A DNA stretch of 35,808 nt, taken from positions 92,467,347 to 92,503,154 of the forward strand of contig NC_068981.1 of the NCBI RefSeq assembly GCF_001194135.2. Reading direction: 5' to 3'. Below, piece by piece: positions 20,982 to 33,849 of the stretch (the first letter of the stretch is position 1; each line of letters opens with the position of its first letter). The notes beneath the pieces were generated by a model. It worked only from the letters and a program-made list of their open reading frames with translations, had not been told where the DNA came from and did no database searches. A program made the position numbers and the translations under genes. Source of the DNA: Octopus bimaculoides (taxonomy: Eukaryota).

Positions 20982-23544
20982 TTGCTCAGCGTTTTGCAGT
21001 TTATTGTGTTATATACCATTTTGAGGTTTGTGCTTTCATTGCATTCTTATTTACTATTTTTATAAATTTCATGTGAACAGGATTTTCATATTGTTATTGC
21101 CTTCAGAAATTTAGATTATTTCAAATCTCCGTTCATACTAACGTTTAAAAGGAATTTATCAACAGGTTAACTGCATGCTGCTGATAATTTGCTTTAAATA
21201 TTGCCAGAAATACATTTCCCTATTGTGTGCAAATATTTTATTTATCATCACATTAATTAATCTAACGTTTTGATGGTAAGTTTGTGGTGACAAGTGCAAT
21301 ACATGTGGCACGTGAATAGGGAAAGTTTTATCTTTAATATACTTATTTCAGGTAAAACGCCTATTTCATGCGGTGACTTAGCAATGCATTTTTGACACAC
21401 CTACTTTCCGAATACGTTGTAGACGAACATGTCCGAAGTGCTTAGATATCCTCGGATTTTCGATACGATGCTCAATAATGTTTCTTAACTTGGATCTTGA
21501 AATTGCCTTACCTCAAAGCAATAATGTTAATAAAACTTTACTTATATAAACGGAAAGATTACACGAATGTATTACAGAAGAGGATAAAATGACTGACATA
21601 TTAAATGCAGTTCAGAATACCACATGTTTACGATATGTGTTGGACTCTGAAATTGAAGAATCATTAATATTATTTCTCGAGCTTAAAAGCTTACCAAGTA
21701 TAGGCGTAACGGAATTAAAATTTCATAAACAAGACAGTCATACATACAGTACATAAATTTTAGCAAAGGCGTCCAGTGACGCTCTGGGTATTCACATTGC
21801 ATTTGTATGGCATTGAAACTACATTAAAAGAAAAAAAGTCATGTGTATTATTTATTCATTGCTATCATCAAACGCTGTACGTTATTCTAGTATAACAAAA
21901 ATCAAGAGCATTGATTTCTTGACTGTATAGTGAAGAAATTCCCTCTAGATTCTCCTACTACGAGATTCGAGTTTTGAAAAAACTGAATTGCGAAATTTTG
22001 CAAATTTTAAACAGTAATAGAAATATTTTATTGACATTTCCACGTACTATGTTAGTGCAAAACAATGAATTCTAAACGTTTGACTTATCCAATGTAATTG
22101 TTGGATTGTTTTTTTTTTTTGTTTTTTTTTTTTAAATATAGGTTTACATAGAGAATACATTAACCGAGTCAAAATATAAACGAGGGAAAAGCTTAGCCAA
22201 AAGTGAAAGAGGTCGAGTTAGGTCTGATATTGGATCATATCCTGCATCGTATGAAGGCACGATACAGAGACTTACAAAATTAAATCTTGCCTACTTGTAC
22301 GTTAAAGCTTTAAAAGTAGCTTGTCAAATTAATAAGGGTGTTATATAAAATTTACAAAATTAGAAATTCTGTATCTTAATACCAAAATAACTAGTGTTAC
22401 TGGAATTCGTAATGTAAAAATGCTAAGGCATACTTTAATTAATTTCTTCTTTTCATGACTTGAAATGAATTCGAACTACTTTCACTGCAGCAGCAATAAT
22501 GTTACAATTTAATTTAAAAATTGTAGCAACAAGGGTTTCTATTAACAGGTCATTTTAGCTTTGAAAAGCACTAAAAGGTTCAACTGCAATAGAATTGAAG
22601 ATGAAATTTGTTCAACAGATGATTTAATATATTTATTGAAATAAAATCGTACAAAACCCCACACAGAATTTCTTTGCACAACGGCTGAATCATTTCATTA
22701 TTAACAACGAGAGAAAAATTGAGTTCATTTACAACTATAAAGCAATTTAATGATTTTGTTTCCCTTGCATTTTTCAATGTCTCATAGAGACAAGTTTTTT
22801 CATTGACAATTGTTTCGTTAAAATGTAAACACATTTGCTCAAAACAAGAGGCTCATACATGTAGCCACACATATACTCTCACACACAATCGCACACATAG
22901 GTTTGCTACAGTTAGGGGAATTTAGTTATACAGGACAAATACCTTATAGTGAATACTCAAATAAAATTGATCTTGAAATTACTTTTTAAATGTTTCTCCT
23001 TGGCTAAATAAATCGGTATGCTGTTGGTAAAAAACTAAATTACAGTAAGATAACAAATAAATGGCTGTTGGTCATATATCTAGATATGCATGTGTAGGCG
23101 TGTCTGTGTGTGTGTGTGGTAAAATACTAAAGTTCGCAGTAAGAGGTTTCATTAAAATGATAAAATTTACATGTGAAGTCCTTAATTAAGTACGATAATT
23201 CAACTCTTACATATTCGAAAGAAAGACCAAAGAAAGAGGAAAACAGGAAGAAATGATAGCAAAAGAAAAAGGAGACAAATAAAAATAATGATTAGCATGC
23301 CCAGCTAGATGTCCAGATAATATCTTAGTCCTCTATTTATATCGCTATGTTACAGTGTTTGAAAACCTCTAATAGTAAACTCAGTGCAGTTTTAACTAAA
23401 ATTAAGAGACCGTAAAATCTGAAAGTATAAGCAGTTTTAAAGACGTCCACGGTGATACATGTAAACACAACCACATCTAAACCTAATACACTTAATCATC
23501 ATTACACTAAGGTATACTTACACAAACACACACGCATATATACG

Positions 23545-23945
23545 CATGTGTAGTGGTTAGGGCATTAGATTCATGTACCGGGAGGTGCGTTGTATTTTTA
23601 AGCAAAACTCTACATCTCATGTCGCACTCCAATGACTTTGATAACTATACAGACAACATCGATTTGATGGAAAGGGTGAGTTTATGTGCAGTACAAACAT
23701 TCGGTCTCTATAAACAATTCATCTTTGTTGGTTGAGCAGCTAGCATTTGAGGAACTTCAAATGTATAGTATATATATAACTATGTAAGTGTTTGTGGAGG
23801 AGTGTGACCGAGTTTTTAAAGTATTGCACTCATAATCGCAATATATTGGTTGCAATTCCCAACCTGGCGGTGAGTTGTCTTTATTTCATGTTGCCCCTGT
23901 CTATTCATCTGTAAATGGGTAACACGACGACAGAGGATTCAAAGA
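23545..23945 (+). mobile_element. Two decayed family B-like SINE heads (23545-23740, 23797-23945)
   Basis: tagtggttagggcattagattcatg...gcgttgtatttttaagcaaaact; ggaggagtgtgacc...gtattgcactcataatcg...ttcatctgtaaatggg. Confidence 0.55.
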
Positions 23946-24144
23946 CAAGTTGCAATGCATAACTGAGACATTTTATGCAAGTAATATTCAAAGAGAACTC
24001 AGAAATGAAACATCATTTTGTTGCACATAGACTACAGCCTGCAGTAGAAAAATTTTGAATGCACGATCACCAATCTCTATGAACAAATGAATATATTTAT
24101 GTATATATTGAAGGAGGGAGAGCGAATTAGATTGACAAATAGAC

Positions 24145-24272
24145 ATAAAACAGACAGACAGACAGACATACAGTCAGACCGACAGACAGACAGACAGTCA
24201 GTCAGACAGACAGACAGGCAGATAGATAGATAGATAGATAGATAGATATATAGATAGATAGATAGATAGATG
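24145..24272. repeat. (GACA)n-(GATA)n compound microsatellite
   Basis: Direct reading. Confidence 0.97.
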
Positions 24273-25099
24273 AACATAAAAGTATAAATATCATAAACTG
24301 ACATAGCAACCAATCAACTTGAAATACATCTGTAAATATATTCTCACGATCACACGCATAAATCTACGCAAATTGTTTCCATTGAAATGGAAAATGTTTC
24401 TAAAGGCCTCACGGAAATCAGGAAACCACTTTTACAATACAATCACTGTTGATTAGTTTGACAATTAAACTCTCAAATTACTCTGAAATTCCCCTAACAA
24501 ACTTTGCGCACACAATACTCTAAAATTTATACCATAGAATTAATACACATTAAAAGCTCGCTCCCCTATCATTGAATAATAAATGGCGTTGAAGAAAAGT
24601 AACATCAAAACAGCAATTGCAAAAGCATCCCAATAAATAAAAGCTAGCATAGTAATACAACTACACCAACTAATGTATGTTTAGCATCAAAACAAAGTTA
24701 AAAGAGTTCTCGACAGAAGACTGTATTCAGGAGCCCTATATGCATAATACGGAATATAGAATGAACAGAGCTGGGGTAATGCTCGACTGCTTCTACGGTA
24801 GAATGGAGGATGTTCCACAAAACCTAGCCTTCTAGTCCAAATTCTTACAATGAAAGGGTTTAAAATATAGTTATTCTAAATGCAATAAAACTTAACATCA
24901 GAAAACCCTATCCCTACAGAAAACAAAACAAAAGAATATTATATATGATTATTCAATGAAATCACTCAACGTCGATAAACTAAATTTAGACAGAAATAAA
25001 AGCTAGCATTAGCAATAATAATAAAAATAATAACAGTTATAATAATAATAATAGTAATAATAATGATGTTGATGATTATGATGATAATTTCATACTCAA

Positions 25100-26040
25100 T
25101 AACAAAACAGGCAAGGAAATATCTAAGTGAACTCCAAATACTGCAAATCCCCGAATTAGACGTACTGGAAATATAGAAAAAGATAAGCGCATGAAAGCCC
25201 TTGCAAAACTTGCAGGTTTAGATATTCTTACTGATAAATCTCAGAATTTGACGTACTGGAAAAGCAGAAAAAGTTAAGCGTATGAAAATCCATGCTAAAG
25301 TTGTACCTGTAGATATATTCTTACTGATAAACTGATAAAGGGCAAGAAAAACCTCTCAATGGTTAATACCAAAAGAGAATTAATAATGTTGATCGTGACA
25401 GAGCCCTTACCCATCAATGGTTAGCGTCTTCTAGCTTAAAATCAGAGACAGAAGTATTTACCATAGCAGTCCAAGATCAATGCCTTCCTACCAGGCCAAT
25501 AACTTAGAGAACTGCAGTAGCCCAATGTCTCGTGTATGTAAACAAGAAACTGAAAATATCGATCATGCTGTCTCCGTGTGTAGCGTTTTTGCACGCAAGA
25601 GCGGTACAGTATATTGACTGGGTAACTTTCAAAGACCTGGACCTGTCCCATGACAAAAACTAGTGGGAATACAAACCACCTCCGGTGCTTGAATATCATC
25701 ACATTCCGTTCCTTTGGGACTTTACTGTTCAAACCGACAGAAAGATACATGAAAATAGGCCAGACGTTATATTGAAACATTTCAAACAAAAGTCATGCTT
25801 CCTCATCGATTTTTACTGTCCCAATCGTCATAAATGTATATGTCAAGGCCCTTCAAAAACAGAGCAACTATAAAGACCTCGAAATAGAAATTGGCGAAAT
25901 GTGAAACCCCAAAGGTTAAATCATAACTCCTGTCATTGATGTGCTAGTAATGATTGCAAAAGGGGTTGTTTGTTCCCTATCTAAGATACCAGGAAGTCCA
26001 GAAATGGAACAAATTCAAAAAATAGTCCTCATGGGAACTC
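25100..26040 (+). mobile_element. Dong/R4-clade LINE fragment (CCHC knuckle + RLE), decayed, preceded by degenerate (TAA)n at ~25010-25090
   Basis: KPLNG*YQKR..DRALTHQWLASSSLKSETEVFTIAVQDQCLPTR, RVCKQETENIDHAVSVC, LWDFTVQTDRKIHENRPDVILKHFKQKSCFLID, YKDLEIEIGEM, QIQKIVLMGT. Contains a 91-bp-period tandem duplication at 25153-25335; truncated by a SINE at 26040. Confidence 0.9.
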
Positions 26041-26421
26041 TTTTACTTGTTACAGTCATCTGACATCTGCAACGCTGGAGCACCGCCTTTTAGTCGAGAA
26101 AATCGATCTCAGGATTTATCCTTTGTAAGCTTGGTACTTATTCTATCGTTTCTTTTGCCGAACCGCTAGGCTGCAGGGACATAAACACACCAGCATCAGT
26201 TGTCAAGCGACGGTCGGGGGAGAAACACAGACACAAAAGCACACACATAAATATATATGATGGGCTTCTTTCAGTTTCTATCTACCAAGTCCACTCCCAA
26301 GGCTTAGGTCGGCCTTAGGCTATAATAGAAGATATTTGCCCAAGATGCCACCCAGTGGGACTGAACCCGACACCATGTGGTTGGGAAGCAAACGTATTAA
26401 CACACAGCCACTCCTGTGCCT
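26040..26421 (-). mobile_element. Family A SINE, near full length
   Basis: Minus starts aggcacaggagtggctgtgtg; B-box-like gggttcagtcccac; 3' tail. Confidence 0.93.
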
Positions 26422-26723
26422 GCTTATATTATACGAAAAACATTGTTTATGTAATTCCAAAAACATTTTAACCTGTAGACATTGTCAGAAGTACATTTAA
26501 GTGAACACAATAACATACACCTTTTACTGTCATCTTAAGATCATATTATCATCTTATCACCAAATTACTTTTAGAACAAACATCTAATATTCTTATATTT
26601 TGATGGACATTCTCTAGAATAATACTTTGTGCAACACCAAAAATATGGCACCCTATTATTAATACCAACTTCTAACTTGTTGACTTGGAGTCAACTTGTG
26701 CAAATACAGTGCAAAAGTCAAAC

Positions 26724-26726
<3 letters not shown>

Positions 26727-26776
<50 letters not shown>

Positions 26777-26832
26777 GCAATAATAATAATGTGTGGGTGT
26801 GTGTGCGTGTGTGCGTGTGTGTGTGTGTGTGT
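26727..26832. repeat. (TAA)n followed by (GT)n
   Basis: Direct reading. Confidence 0.97.
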
Positions 26833-27088
26833 AAGCAATAGGTATTTGCTCCTATTAGTGTATGTATATTTCGGGAATTGAAGAGTGTATTCCAAAATAC
26901 TCTTTTTAATTATCTTTAAATCTTCTTGCTTAAACCTCTTACTTATTCTACCGATCTATTTTAGGTGTATTTGCAGATCTATGTGTTTCTTATTTAAAAT
27001 TGTAAATGTAAATACTCACGATTGATAAAACTACGAACGCTAGGCTCATATAAAAATGTGAATCTCACTGAACTACATCGGACACTTG

Positions 27089-27147
<59 letters not shown>

Positions 27148-27153
27148 AATATA

Positions 27154-27630
27154 TTCTTTTATTCTTTTACTTGTTTCAGTCATGTGACTGCAGCTATAAT
27201 GGCGTTCCTCCTTGAAGTGTTTTCCTCAAACAAATCGACCCCAGGACTTATTTTTTAACCTAGTACTTATTCTATCGGTCCCTTTTGCGGAACCACTACG
27301 TTACGAGGTCGTAAACATATCAATACTGGTTGTCAAGAGGTGATGGTGGGAACAAACACAGACGCAAATATACACACGTAGATATATATAAACACGCACA
27401 CATGTCATACACACACACACACACGTGTGTAGGTATGCATATGTGTGTGTATGTATGTGTGTGTGTAGGATGGGCTTCTTTCAGTTTACTTCTATCAAAT
27501 CCACTCGGAAAAATTCGGTCGGCCTGAGGATATAGTAGAAGACACTTGCTCAGCGTGCCACGAGATGGGACGGAACCCAGAACTATGTGGTTGGGAGGGA
27601 AGCTTCTTACCACTTAGCCACGCCTGCGCC
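27154..27630 (-). mobile_element. Family A SINE, full length, between (CT)n(CA)n and (GT)n tracts
   Basis: Reverse complement aligns with 29074-29500. Confidence 0.93.
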
Positions 27631-27633
27631 TGT

Positions 27634-27688
<55 letters not shown>

Positions 27689-29073
27689 TATAGCAAATAT
27701 ATACATATACATGTATATGTGTTTTGCGTGTGTGTGTTTGTTTTCGTGTGTGTGACTGTGTCTCCGTGTATGTACATATGTGTGTGTGAATAAGCACCTA
27801 TTTAAAATAAGTATACCCCACAAACAAACCTCTTTCATTTGTGGAGTTCATAAGTCTACCTCTTAGCCATTGTAAGCGTGTAACAGTTTACACCATTTCA
27901 ATAGTTCGAATTAGGATTTCTATTTGTGTGTCCTTCATCTCAGTGTAATGAAAAAACTAGCAAAATGGTAAAGACACATTAAATGAAATATTCACTTTAG
28001 CTTTACTTAAGTTTTTAAACACTCCAATATTAATTCTTGTGCTGCATCTAAACGAATCTTAAAAACAGTGCCTGTGATGGCATTATGAACAGGATATAAT
28101 CAGCAAAATTTTCTTCAAACACTACACTCTTCTGTCTTTCACAACAAGTCTTAGACAATGTGTGTAAATAGACTAAATTGTTTCTATCGGAGCGCCTTTC
28201 CTACTTCTGTGGGTGATGGGAGCTTACAGAAGCTCTAGAGCAATAATAAACAAATTTAGATATATGAAAATAAAAAAAAATTTAAAAAAACATAATGCAT
28301 GTAGATAACAATGCCATAATAAAGTCACTGCAGTGGTGCATTCTACGATAAAGCTCCAGCACGACTATTGCAACTAGAAAACTATAAATAACATCAAAAT
28401 ATTACTTGGTTACTTATGACATATTACGAAGAAATATTTTTGATAATATTGCTTTTTCAAAAGCTTAACACGGAAGTAAACGTCTAGACAGTCTTATAAC
28501 TTCTTCTCAGCTCAGTTCACACAGTTCATAATCGCTTCATTCGAGGTTGTGTTCGATAAATTTCCTGATATAATTGTCTTTGATAAATAATCTTGACCAT
28601 CTATTTCTCCATGAAATTGTCTAAAAGTTTAAGGAATTTAACCGTCCGTGATATGAGAAATGCATCTTGATCTATAGACGCCTGCAGGTTTGGAGGACTT
28701 CAAATATTTGACAATGGCGTGAGTCATTAACAAGCACAAACAATCACAACAATCAAGGTTTCGTTCTTTTAAATATAAATACTAGACAAAACTATGAAAG
28801 AAACGCAATATATTTTGGATTTTTCTCTCTTCCCTCTCAGACGAGAAGGTACTTCAGGCTTACAAGTTAGAAAATTACCTCATTATGGCTAATACATAGT
28901 GAAAATTCTTCTTGCACGCTATAACGTGTTTTGACGTTGAAAAGTGCATCCGGTTGTTATAATTATGCCTAAACTCTGACACTGATACAAGACGTAGTCC
29001 TGTAACACGATGGCTGACAAAATATCCAAGCATCCTAGCACATAAACAAAAATGTAAGTGAATCGTGTATATA

Positions 29074-29500
29074 GGCGCAGGCGTGGCTGTGTGGTAAGCA
29101 GCACGCGCACCAACCACACGATTCCGGGTTCAGTCCTACTGTGCGGCACCTTAGGCAAGTGTCATCTACTATAGCATCGGGATAACCAAAACCTTGTGAG
29201 TGGATTTGGTAGACGAAAGCAGAAAAGAAGCCCGTCGTATATAATATATGTGTTCTTAAAAATATGTGTGTATGTGTGTGTGTGTTTCCCCGCACTATCA
29301 CTTGACAACTGATGTTGGTGTGTTTACGTCCCCGTAACTTAACAGTTCGGCAAAAGACAACGATAGAATAAGTAATAGGCTTACGAAAAATATTCCTTCA
29401 GGTCGATTTGTTCGACTAAACACGTTGCTCTAGCATGGCCACAGTCAAATGATTGAAGCAAGTAAAAGAATATAAGAATAAGAATAAAATAATATAAGAA
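29074..29500 (+). mobile_element. Family A SINE, full length
   Basis: ggcgcaggcgtggctgtgtggtaag (A box), gggttcagtcc (B-box-like), internal AT/GT microsatellite, (AAGAAT)n-like tail. Confidence 0.95.
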
Positions 29501-30463
29501 TCCAGCAGATAGATACAATATCACAATATACCAACATACATATAGCAGTTTTCAAATCAGCTCCTAAAACAATCATTCACTTACTGAATGATGGTTACGT
29601 CACACAAAATTATGAATCCAGTTTCAATAACAAATATGATTAAAGTTTATAAAGAAATGCATACCTCATACAAAACCACTTGCTGCATTTTGTACGATGT
29701 CCTGTGGTTTCCAACTATATACCGTAGATGCACAACTGTGCGATGAAGTGATGGTAAGTAGAAAGAAACAAGATACCTGGAGCTTAATACTACTCGTACA
29801 TTGAACAGATAGCTTTGCTACCAATGTGTCAAACAAACTCTTGAGGGCAGATCGTCGGTAGATGGATATTTACGTCATACTGTAAAGAGGAATACGGACG
29901 TCACACCTACACAATATGTCTTCACAAAAAGAGCGTAGCAGTTTCCTTACATAAATGCAATAGCTCAGATTATGAGTTTAGAGGGAAGTGCACTTAAAAT
30001 GTTAAGTGAGATGTTATTCGCAATTCCTACCACTTTAAATGGATATATGTTGTACCTTACACGAGATTATTTGAAATATTTTAAATAAATGAGAAACAAT
30101 AAATAAAAATTTGAAGTGTTTCTTCTAATATAAAATTACCGACTGGACATATATTTTCCACGTGGAAGATTCAGTTAAAATTTAAGTAGATAATTGAAGT
30201 ATAGGCTGTAGTTACTGTGTGTAATGTGAGAAGCACTTATTGGCACACATGTATAAGAAATACAGTGAATATTATGTATAAGTATTATGAGAGTCAACGG
30301 TGTAGCTTAACCTCTATTAACATTATTATACGCAAAATCTACCATCTTTTCAAATCCGACAAAATCTAGGGAAAAGAAGATATAGATATAGATAAATAGA
30401 TATATACATACATATATACATACAATTTTAAATCTGTGGGCAAGAAGCAAACAGCAGCATAAA

Positions 30464-30580
30464 ATATAATTGCCAACTAGATGTGGCGGTCTCATAGAGG
30501 ACGATGTAGTTCTTAGCCCAAAAGGAGCTAAAAATACAGTAGCATCATTCTCTATGAGACCGCCACATCTAGCTGGCAAT

Positions 30581-30585
<5 letters not shown>
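30464..30585. mobile_element. 122-bp MITE-like hairpin with 36-bp inverted arms
   Basis: atataattgcca(a/g)ctagatgtggcggtctcatagag at 30464-30499 and inverted at 30550-30585 (1 mismatch); adjoins (TA)n. Confidence 0.8.
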
Positions 30586-30615
<30 letters not shown>

Positions 30616-30746
30616 TTCATAAATACATATATACACACATGTTTCTTTTACGTATAGTTATACATAAAAACGATTACATTTTAATTTAAGTATCAATTAA
30701 TAAGAGTATTACATTTACCTTACTTTTAGAAGAAAATTATTGATAA

Positions 30747-30784
30747 TGATCACGAGGTTTCGTCTTAGTAGCCTTCACCAGATA
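30747..30784 (-). ncRNA. Decayed hammerhead-like relic
   Basis: Minus: cuau CUGgUGA aGGC uacuaa GaC GAAAC cUC gugau; 3 or more substitutions from a minimal HHR. Confidence 0.4.
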
Positions 30785-31323
30785 GTAAATGTTTCTTTGA
30801 ATTTCCAATGCTTTTTATTTATTTTCAGATTCATCTTCTACGGGGTGGGGATAATGAGTTGCAGTGTAGGAGTGAGTTAATGATGAATTTTAATGCATTT
30901 CGAAATGCCTCCTGTCTTGTTTTCATTGCGTGATTAGATTTCAAGGATTATGAGGAAAAGGAATAGGAAAAGAAGCAGGTGAGGAAAAGAAGGAATTATG
31001 AAAATTTGGTAAACAGAGTCATGTGTATATTTTAAAGAATAGATAAGAATCGTTAAGTTTATTGAAATTAGGTAAATTTGGATATATTTGAAAAAAGAAA
31101 AAAAATGACTTCACTGATAGTTCTTTCATTCCAACACTGATTAACAAACACCACCCACCTCCCAAACACACCCTATTCTCATATATAGAATCACAAAACC
31201 CAAAAGCCTCAATCTTTTTGACAATGAATAATATATGCTTAAATCAATATTTATTTAGTATAGGAAATGAAGATTGATATTTTTGTTAACGATCATTCAC
31301 ATGCGAGTGCATTTGATTTACAC

Positions 31324-31545
31324 CAGAGGTCACCAAACTACAGCCCGCGAAGTCAGTTCATCCGGCCCGGCGCCACGTTGTGCATTTTGTGTAAGTTCAT
31401 GCAATGAGAGTTCATTTGCCTCTGGTGTGGCATCAGTGTTTTGAACAACTTATGTGTGTGTGCAAACATTTTCAAAAATGTCAGCACATCGAACGAGGTT
31501 GACTGATGAACATATGAAAGCAATTCTCTGATCAAATTTTGTGGA
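31324..31545 (+). mobile_element. hAT (Charlie/SPIN-like) deletion derivative: TIR joined to the dimerisation-domain remnant
   Basis: cagaggtcaccaaactacagcccgcg...ccggcccg TIR; peptide ASVF*TTYVCVQTFSKMSAHRTRLTDEHMKAIL. Confidence 0.8.
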
Positions 31546-31723
31546 ACTTTATGAAATGTCTTTCAAAATATTTCTGAAACTGAGCAAGTGACATATCATT
31601 AAATGATTATTTTGTAAATAGTCAGGGATATTATTAATTGATACTTAAATATTATTTTAAGCGTTTATATACCATCGGTATTAGTTGAAACTATGCGTAC
31701 TTATAAATATATACATATAAGTG

Positions 31724-31742
31724 TGAGTGTGTGTGTGTATGT

Positions 31743-31782
<40 letters not shown>

Positions 31783-31906
31783 AAGGTGTCAGCGTGTGAG
31801 TATAAATAAATATGTACAAGCATGCACATATTTATTTAAACTAGTTGATAAATATATTATTATACACATACACATACGCACACACATATGTTCATTATAT
31901 TCAATA

Positions 31907-31963
<57 letters not shown>

Positions 31964-32020
31964 GTGTGTGTGTGTGTGTATGTGCGTGTGTGAGTGTATA
32001 TGTATATATATACTTAGATA
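31724..32020. repeat. (GT)n/(AT)n/(GT)n microsatellite complex
   Basis: Direct reading. Confidence 0.95.
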
Positions 32021-33314
32021 TACGTAAATGAGTATGCCTCTACTATATATCCATATATATACATCTAAATACATAATTTAGATTTGTGTGTGCATGTGTG
32101 TGTCTGTGCGTATGCATGTGTGTATGCATGTATCATTGGGTGCGTATGCTCACAAGCATGTTTGTCGTGATCAGTTGAAATATATAACATGCATTAATTA
32201 CACACTACGATGCTTACAACAACATATTTTTGCACACTTTCGTACAATTACAGTCTATATCACACGCACCTTAATACTTCTCTAAAGCATAGACAACAAC
32301 TTCTGCAACATTTTCCCCCAGTCTGATGCCAATAAATTGCTCCGAAATTGGAAAATATTGGGGAAATCAATACTTGCAACTTTACACCGTTAATGCCTTA
32401 GAAATTGATATCTCTCCATGTCGTTTTATCCTATCCAATAAATAGTCATAATATAGCTAGCAGCGTTGATATATATAACATATTACACATGCTACACATG
32501 GGTAATATGATTTAAACTAAGGATTTCAGACAAGTGGTTCAAATATCTCTTAAAGGAAGTCATCCGTTAGAAGCACCCATACATAACGTACACAAACATA
32601 AACATGGGTGTGTGTTCTTGTGCGTCTGTATTTGTACGTGAATGCAAATATATGTATGACATACGAATAGTCGAAACGTCTTGAAGTCCGAGTTCAATTC
32701 AATCCAAAGCCAAGAAAGTTTCCGTCATTCTGAGATCTATAAACTAAGTGCGAGTCTTGGTTGATACACTGCCGCCGGTTTCAATAGACAAGGGGATTTC
32801 TTCCGATAATTGTTTCGATTTTGTGCTTTCATTTCAAAATATCCATCATTGTGTTTAGCTTATTTGGATGCTACATTTAACTCGCTCCGCAAATTAATAC
32901 TAGATTAAAGGCCAACATATAACACTTCTGTGTCTATAGAGGAGAAGATTCAACTAAGAACAATCCTGTAATAAAACTGCACACCCGCCTTTAATGTTCT
33001 GTACAAGACAGCAACCATTCCTTTGAAGGCATGCATACATGTGTGAACCTGTGTATACGTAAACAAATGCGTCTATATGCCTATTTGTATTTATAAATGC
33101 ATATATAAGGTTGAGGAGGGTATTGGATTTAACCAAACCCAGGAGGATACAGGTAATACCGAGTAAGTGCTGTATACCGACTAATTTGCCCCAGTCGTTG
33201 TATGAACAGGATTGGGTATTATAAGTCGTGTATTAGCGTGTGTATATGTAAATATATAAAAACAAAAATATAAAGAGAGCAAAGGTAAGGTTGGAGAAGT
33301 ATTTTATGGATAGA

Positions 33315-33363
33315 GTCTTACAGCTGTTTCTGGGAAGATCCAGTACTTCCCTTCATCGGAGAC
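33315..33363 (-). ncRNA. Minimal type I hammerhead (U4C core variant)
   Basis: GUCU CcGAUGA a GGGAAG uacuggau CUUCCC a GAAACAGCUGUA AGAC; self-complementary stem III ACAGCUGU, GUA site. Confidence 0.8.
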
Positions 33364-33800
33364 AGAAAGAATAAAGTAATCTATTATTTTATCCATAGGC
33401 GGATATTTTTAGTATGAAGTGGTAAAGAGTGTGATGTGCTGAAAAAAGAGAGAACAGTACTTGAAGTGTAGTTTCATTCCAGTGGTAAATATCCGTGTAG
33501 AAATCCGTGCATAGTAATCCTTGTGTGGATAATCCGGAAATTTGTGTTGGAGCGAAAGTTGATATAGCAGGAATATATGTACCTCTGCTATCTATGCTAT
33601 ATCAACCATCGCTCCAACATAAATTTCCGGATTGTCCACACAAGGATTACTTTGAACGGATTTCTACACGGATATTTACCACTGGAATGAAACTACACTT
33701 CAAGTACTGTTCTCTCTTTTTTCAGCACATCACACTCTTTACCATTTCATACTAAAAATATCCGCCTATGGATATAATAATAGATTACTTTATTTTTTCT

Positions 33801-33849
33801 GTCTCCGATGAAGGGAAGTACTGGACCTTCCCAGAAAGAGCTGTAAGAC
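33801..33849 (+). ncRNA. Minimal type I hammerhead (U4C; C15.2G breaks stem III)
   Basis: GUCU CcGAUGA a GGGAAG uacuggac CUUCCC a GAAAgAGCUGUA AGAC. Confidence 0.75.
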
